Origin: Octopus vulgaris
Taxonomy: Eukaryota
Direction: 5' to 3'
Assembly (NCBI GenBank): GCA_951406725.2
Contig: OX597821.1
Location: forward strand, 18,724,001-18,788,000
DNA: 64,000 nt
Positions 57,533 to 64,000 of this stretch are shown here, piece by piece; the first letter of the stretch is position 1, and every line of letters starts with the position of its first letter. The position numbers were made by a program, and so were the translations under genes. Below the pieces are notes generated by a model. That model was given only the letters and a program-made list of their open reading frames with translations, had not been told where the DNA came from and ran no database searches.

Positions 57533-57626
57533 GTGGCTGTCAAATTTATGTTTATATGTCTCTTTTAATCTATCATCCTACATATTTATATATTAGTCTG
57601 TATACACATCTCTTTTTCTCTGTCTG

Positions 57627-57702
<76 letters not shown>

Positions 57703-58075
57703 ATACTACTTAGTATTTTGTTTTTCTCTTTAGTTTTCAAGTTATTAAATAATCATACCAGTAAGTATATTACGTGTCGTTTAACAGAGATACGTGTGTC
57801 GTAAGAAGCTTGCTTCTCAATTACATGGCTTCGAATGCGAACCCTGCGAGGCAACTTGGGCAAATATTTTCTACCATAGTCCCAGACCAACCCAAAACTT
57901 TCGAGCGAATTTGGTAGAGGGAATCTGAAAGAAGCACTTTGCACATATTTCTATATCTATCTATCGTATTTATTTATCTACTTACATATTTATCCCTCAG
58001 TTTACTTTCTTTTTATCATTACAACTGTCAATGATCTTTGCGTCATTCTATACAATTACACACAGATACGCAAGT

Positions 58076-58119
<44 letters not shown>

Positions 58120-58169
58120 ACTCATAGATTCACACATGTACATATATATATACGTACCTGTCTATAGTA

Positions 58170-59640
58170 TTCATATATACCTTTACACAAGTGAATATGA
58201 GAAGATATGCGTCAATTCTGAGAAGATACAAACTCTACACAAAATCAACAAAAACTTCTACAAGTTCAACATTAATGGACTAAAAGAAAAAAGAGCAAGA
58301 ACATTCCCTATGGCATAAACCCCTAACGTAAATAACCAAATCCGAACATTACAGAGACAACAGAAAACAAAAGCAAGCCTTTGAACTTACCATAACCATA
58401 CTGCATCTTTAAGAATCATACAGATAATATTAACTGTAGGTTTCCTATGTGACAACCAATTACATAAAAATGGTCATAGGATGGCTAAATAAGAGAATTC
58501 TAGATTGGGTAATTTCAAACGTTAAGAAGGCATCACTGTTACTAAAAGTCATCGAGTGGTTCAAAACAATATCAAATAAGCGAATACTGTAGATCTTTAG
58601 TTGTAATTTAATAACCACCCCAACCCGACTTAAAATACTCCTTATGAAAGTACATGACTATACTATACTTTTCACGCCACTTCCGACCAAGAAATTGATT
58701 ACCAAGTCTAGATTATCAAGCATTCAAGCGCTCCATATGTTAGTATGAGAGTTAACGATTTAGCAGAAACTGGTGGCTTCATCCAATTCTACTTCTCACA
58801 TTACATCGAAAATGCATTTCCGAAGGCTGATGAAGTTTTGTACTAGGATAAAAGCTTTCTAGTATATACCAACCGAAATATTCTGAAATATTCAAATCTT
58901 CTTCGAAACTTAGAATTCACTAGAGCTAACTTTTGAGGTAGACCTCATTAATCGGCATTCACTTTCTTGAGTATCAATACTATAAATCTAATTGGTAAGT
59001 GATCTATGTACACATTCATTCTAAACACTCAAAGAAATTAAGCAACACATTATCTCCCATAAACTAACAATACATAAATATCGACAGAGGTAACAGCTTA
59101 CCTTAACGATGCATTATCCAAAACCCATAGGTAGATTATAAACACACCTCAGTATAACAAACACAACGTGGTTCGCGCCTCATACGATATCCATGTAACT
59201 ACATCTAGTGTAAAAAACTACTTTGAAATTTCACGGGCGATAAGGACGATATACCATTCAACAAAAATACTCTAAAATTTATTAATCTACTTCTAAGCTT
59301 GATCAAAATTTAACCTTATCAGTAAACACTTCCCACCATTAAACATATTCCATCTAATCCTGCATTTGTGCTGTCATCTGTCCGCCCGAAAGGAACTGCT
59401 TAGATAAAAACGTTGTCTATAATGCTATAGTCAACACTAATATCTCTTCTACTGTGTACATAAGCCGGATCTCTAACTCTTTTTATCGAAGGAAATTCCT
59501 ACATTTGATAATTTGGATACTCCATCAAGCTAACTCAAATCTTATTAGCTAATCTTATTATTGTCAAAAATAAATTTTTAATTTACAACCTCAAGCGTAA
59601 TTTACACACACTTAGTGAACACAAATAAAAACAAACATAT
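58170..59640 (+). pseudogene. Decayed Penelope-like element (RT + GIY-YIG)
   Basis: VIEWFKTISNK (58548-58580), IYVHIHSKH, FNKNTLK, CPPERNCLDKNVVYNAIVNT (59379-59438; resembles the CPL.G.CL...VVY.A motif preceding GIY-YIG); many stops. Confidence 0.65.
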
Positions 59641-59654
59641 ACATAACTATAACC

Positions 59655-60049
59655 AGTGGGTGTGTGGTAAGTAGCTTGCTTACCAACCACATGGTTCCGG
59701 GTTCAGTCCCACTGCTTGGCACCTTGGGCAAATGTCTTCTAGGATAGCCTCAGGCCGACCAAAGCCTTGTGAGTGGATTTGGTTGACGGAAACTGAAAGA
59801 AGCCCGTCGTTTATGTATATATATATGTGTGCGTGTATATGTTTGTGTGTCTGTGTTTGTCCCCCCGACATCGCTTGACAACCGATGCTGGTGTGTTTAC
59901 GTCCCCGTAACTTAGCAGTTCGGCAAAAGGGACGATAGAATAAGTACTAGGCTCACAAAGAATAAGTCCTGGGGTGGATTTGCTCGACTAAAGGCGGTGC
60001 TTCAGGGCGACCACAGTCAAATGACTGAAACAAGTAAAAGTGTAAAAGA
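59655..60049 (+). mobile_element. SINE family A
   Basis: Nearly full-length copy. Confidence 0.9.
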
Positions 60050-60060
60050 ATATATATAAT

Positions 60061-60166
60061 TCTTAAGCAAGAATGTTGTTGACAGTGACTTTAAAGTTTC
60101 GGTCAGCGACGATGGTTTAGCTGGCCGAAACTTTGAAGTAAATGTCAACAACAATCTTGTTTAAGA
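60061..60166. repeat. ~46-bp-arm inverted repeat with hammerhead 3' halves (inverted pLTR remnant)
   Basis: tcttaagcaagaatgttgttgaca...gtttcggtcagc / gctggccgaaac...tgtcaacaacaatcttgtttaaga. Confidence 0.8.
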
Positions 60167-60395
60167 CTGATAAACTTGTACTCAACAAAAGTACAGAGTA
60201 ACCAATCTTATTAATGTAAAATTGTTTTTATTGAAACTGTACGTAAAAACAAGCTTTAATCTATGTGTGTGTATGTGTGCGTGTATAAATTTATATATAA
60301 TTAATATATATATATGTATATCTATCAATCCATCCATCCATCAATCCATCCATCCATCCATTCATCCATCAATCCATCCATCCATCCATCCATCC

Positions 60396-60946
<551 letters not shown>

Positions 60947-60947
60947 G

Positions 60948-60982
<35 letters not shown>

Positions 60983-61150
60983 GCAAGTCAGCCACGTATC
61001 ATATAAGACGTAGGAAAACTTCAATTTCGTTCAAACTATTCGTAAATTGGTTGATTGGTTTCTACACTGGAAGAATGTAGCTCTGTACTTATATTGAGGG
61101 TTGGTAACTTTGATATATGAAAGTTGCCTCATCACTTATAATTTCCTCCA

Positions 61151-61213
<63 letters not shown>

Positions 61214-61407
61214 TATGTGAGTGTGTGTGTGTGTGTGTGTGTAGGTTATGTATATATATATATATACATAATCTACACCCATATATATACATATATACAC
61301 TTGTATATATATACATACATACATACATACACACATACACACATACACACACACATACACATACATATATATGTATGTATATATATATATGTATATATAT
61401 ATATATG

Positions 61408-61465
<58 letters not shown>

Positions 61466-61975
61466 ATATATCTATATCTATATATATATATATTTCTCTA
61501 TATATATGAATGTATAAATCAGTATTTAAACATGAATACATATGTACATTCATGCATTCAGATCCTCACACTCAAACACGCACAGTCAAACACGCGCACA
61601 TACACACATTTATACAGCTGCACATAAGTATACAATCCTTCACAGATACACTGGTGCACACATGAATATATATTTATAAATACATGCAGCTCCTCTGAAT
61701 CGACGGAAGATATTTTAGAGTCGTGATATTTTCTCATAAAACAAATTGATTTGCAATTTCAGCGAATCACGAGGGAAATTACTGAAAAGATCGAAGTGCC
61801 CTTAGGCGGATTACTTTATTGATGAATTCTTCCCCTTTGAAGCTCATTTTTAGCCAACTCTTGTACGCTCCAAAGCATATCAATCGAAACTTGGAGATCT
61901 TACAACGTCTTTGAGACGAGAACGAATAGAAGAAATAATTAAAAAATGTAATAACTAAGCATAGATCAACTTTTA

Positions 61976-62026
<51 letters not shown>

Positions 62027-62104
62027 TTATATATATGTATATATGTATGTATATATATACACACATGCATATATATATATATTACATAGATATTTATGTA
62101 TGTG

Positions 62105-62157
<53 letters not shown>

Positions 62158-63275
62158 GTATATATATATATGTACAGGCGCGCACATGGAAATATGTATA
62201 TATATATGTATATATACATGCGTGTACATACATATATATGTGTACACACACACATATATACATATATATATATATATATACTTATACATATGCATATATC
62301 AAAATGATAGCATCTGTTTGACAATATTTCCCGAATTGGCTTAGACTTCATCCTCCTGACTTTATCATCTTTAGATTTAACTACGCCATCAGTCATATGT
62401 TTACTGTGTTTATGTCGTGTATATACAATCGGAATTTATACTTTCTCTGCACATGCAGTCCTATATATAAAGGTTTTATGGTTAACATTAATCGTCAATT
62501 TATGTAGGGCATTATATATAGTATAGTTGTACTCTTTGCTAATGTTCTCCCCATCTAGTTTTATTAATCCTAGTAAAAGCAGCTTTATCTTCAGTTGGTA
62601 ATCTGTAGCCCCCGGCAGAACCAAGTCTGCCGTCCCCAAAGAAACTTGTAATATCTACACGACCACCGGTGTCTGGAAAAAATTCTGGTTAATTTCTGGT
62701 TCGATATTTTGCTAACTAGTAATTGCAATATTAAAATATTTCACTATCACCTATGTACATTTACTATTACCAGTTTAATGGACTCTCTTATGATAATATA
62801 CTATTAATCTAGTTCGCCATAAAATTTAATCAATATTTCAATATTCTGCACTGTACAAGTCAGATTTATATCATTAACTTAAGAGAAACCACTTAATTTT
62901 TAAGTCAATCAATCGCATCAAACCAGTTCAGCCAGTTCAGACGTGCTGTCTAGCTTGAAACATGCAACATAAATATATATATATATACACACACACACTC
63001 ATATATATATATGTATATGTGCATATATATATATATATATATTATTATTTTGAATTTGCTTAATCATCGGTATATTATTGTTATTTTAATTTTAATATTT
63101 CTATTATATGTAATTTTCTAGATGGTGTAATTTAATTGTTAATTTTGAATTGATAAAAGGTGTTTTTTTCTAATTTTTTTATATATATATTATATTTTGT
63201 GAAATTTGATTTAGTATTTCTAAATTGAATTTTTCCCTGTAAGTTAGGAATAATATTCTCTCAAATAATTATATG

Positions 63276-63365
<90 letters not shown>

Positions 63366-63824
63366 ATTACATATACACATACTAGTTATGAAAGTGACTT
63401 TCAAAACATCGAGCTTTTAAATAGTTTTATCTAAATATTTAAGCTAAAACGAATATTCAACATATTTAAAAAGAAATGAAAGTTTTAATAACTAACCAAT
63501 TACCAATTTTATATTACTTTTAACAATACTTTTAACCTTTCGTAATATGTTTCTATTTTCAGTATTTTGTGAAACTGGAGAACATTCTGTCATAGATTCA
63601 TATCGCCTGCTATCACTAAAAACACAACTGAAGATAAATAAAGGTTACATATTGCAATAGAGTTCCTTTTTTTTTTTTTTTTTTACAAATATTGCGCAAA
63701 TACTTTAGCGTTGTCAAAATCTGAACAAGTACATTACTTGAAGCAATGTGAACAGGTAGATACAAAATAATAGTGACAATTTTCTGTCAAAAAGTATTTC
63801 TACTTTTGAATTTCTTTTTCTCAG

Positions 63825-63922
63825 AAAGCTCAATGTCAACAAAAGGTAGGAGGAAGAAGGACACCGAAGACGGAACTTTTTAGGACAAAAATTGTACATT
63901 TTATGAGTTATGTGAACAAAAG
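63825..63922 (+). other. Possible isolated internal exon (98 nt)
   Basis: Pyrimidine tract ttctttttctcAG, one open frame KAQCQQKVGGRRTPKTELFRTKIVHFMSYVNK, AG|GTACG donor; no homology recognised. Confidence 0.2.
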
Positions 63923-64000
63923 GTACGTTTTACTCAATCTTTTGATAAATCCTACCGGTCCAATTTGTCTTGAAAGCATTGCCGTAATGTAATTAATGTA

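Overview
Gene-poor, AT-rich eukaryotic DNA made almost entirely of microsatellites and transposable elements. The repeat spectrum suggests a coleoid cephalopod (Octopus-like) genome; this is an inference. No intact host gene could be supported, and most short ORFs in the track are microsatellite artefacts. Recognisable elements: two head-to-tail Tx1/L1-clade LINEs (21.7-33.7 kb) plus three more 3'-end fragments, nearly all in or next to (ATCT)n tracts; an R4/Dong-like RLE LINE fragment; an RTE-like 3' end; mariner and DD37D/maT deletion derivatives; decayed and non-autonomous Helitrons; three SINE families; and Penelope-like remnants. The most striking features are (i) several type I hammerhead ribozyme motifs, including a near-perfect 363-bp palindrome carrying one complete hammerhead on each strand (49713-50075) and another with a long stem II (9724-9860), and (ii) an apparently (ATCT)n-targeting Tx1-like LINE group with conserved UTR stem-loops, a conserved inter-ORF motif and an unrecognised ORF1 C-terminal domain.
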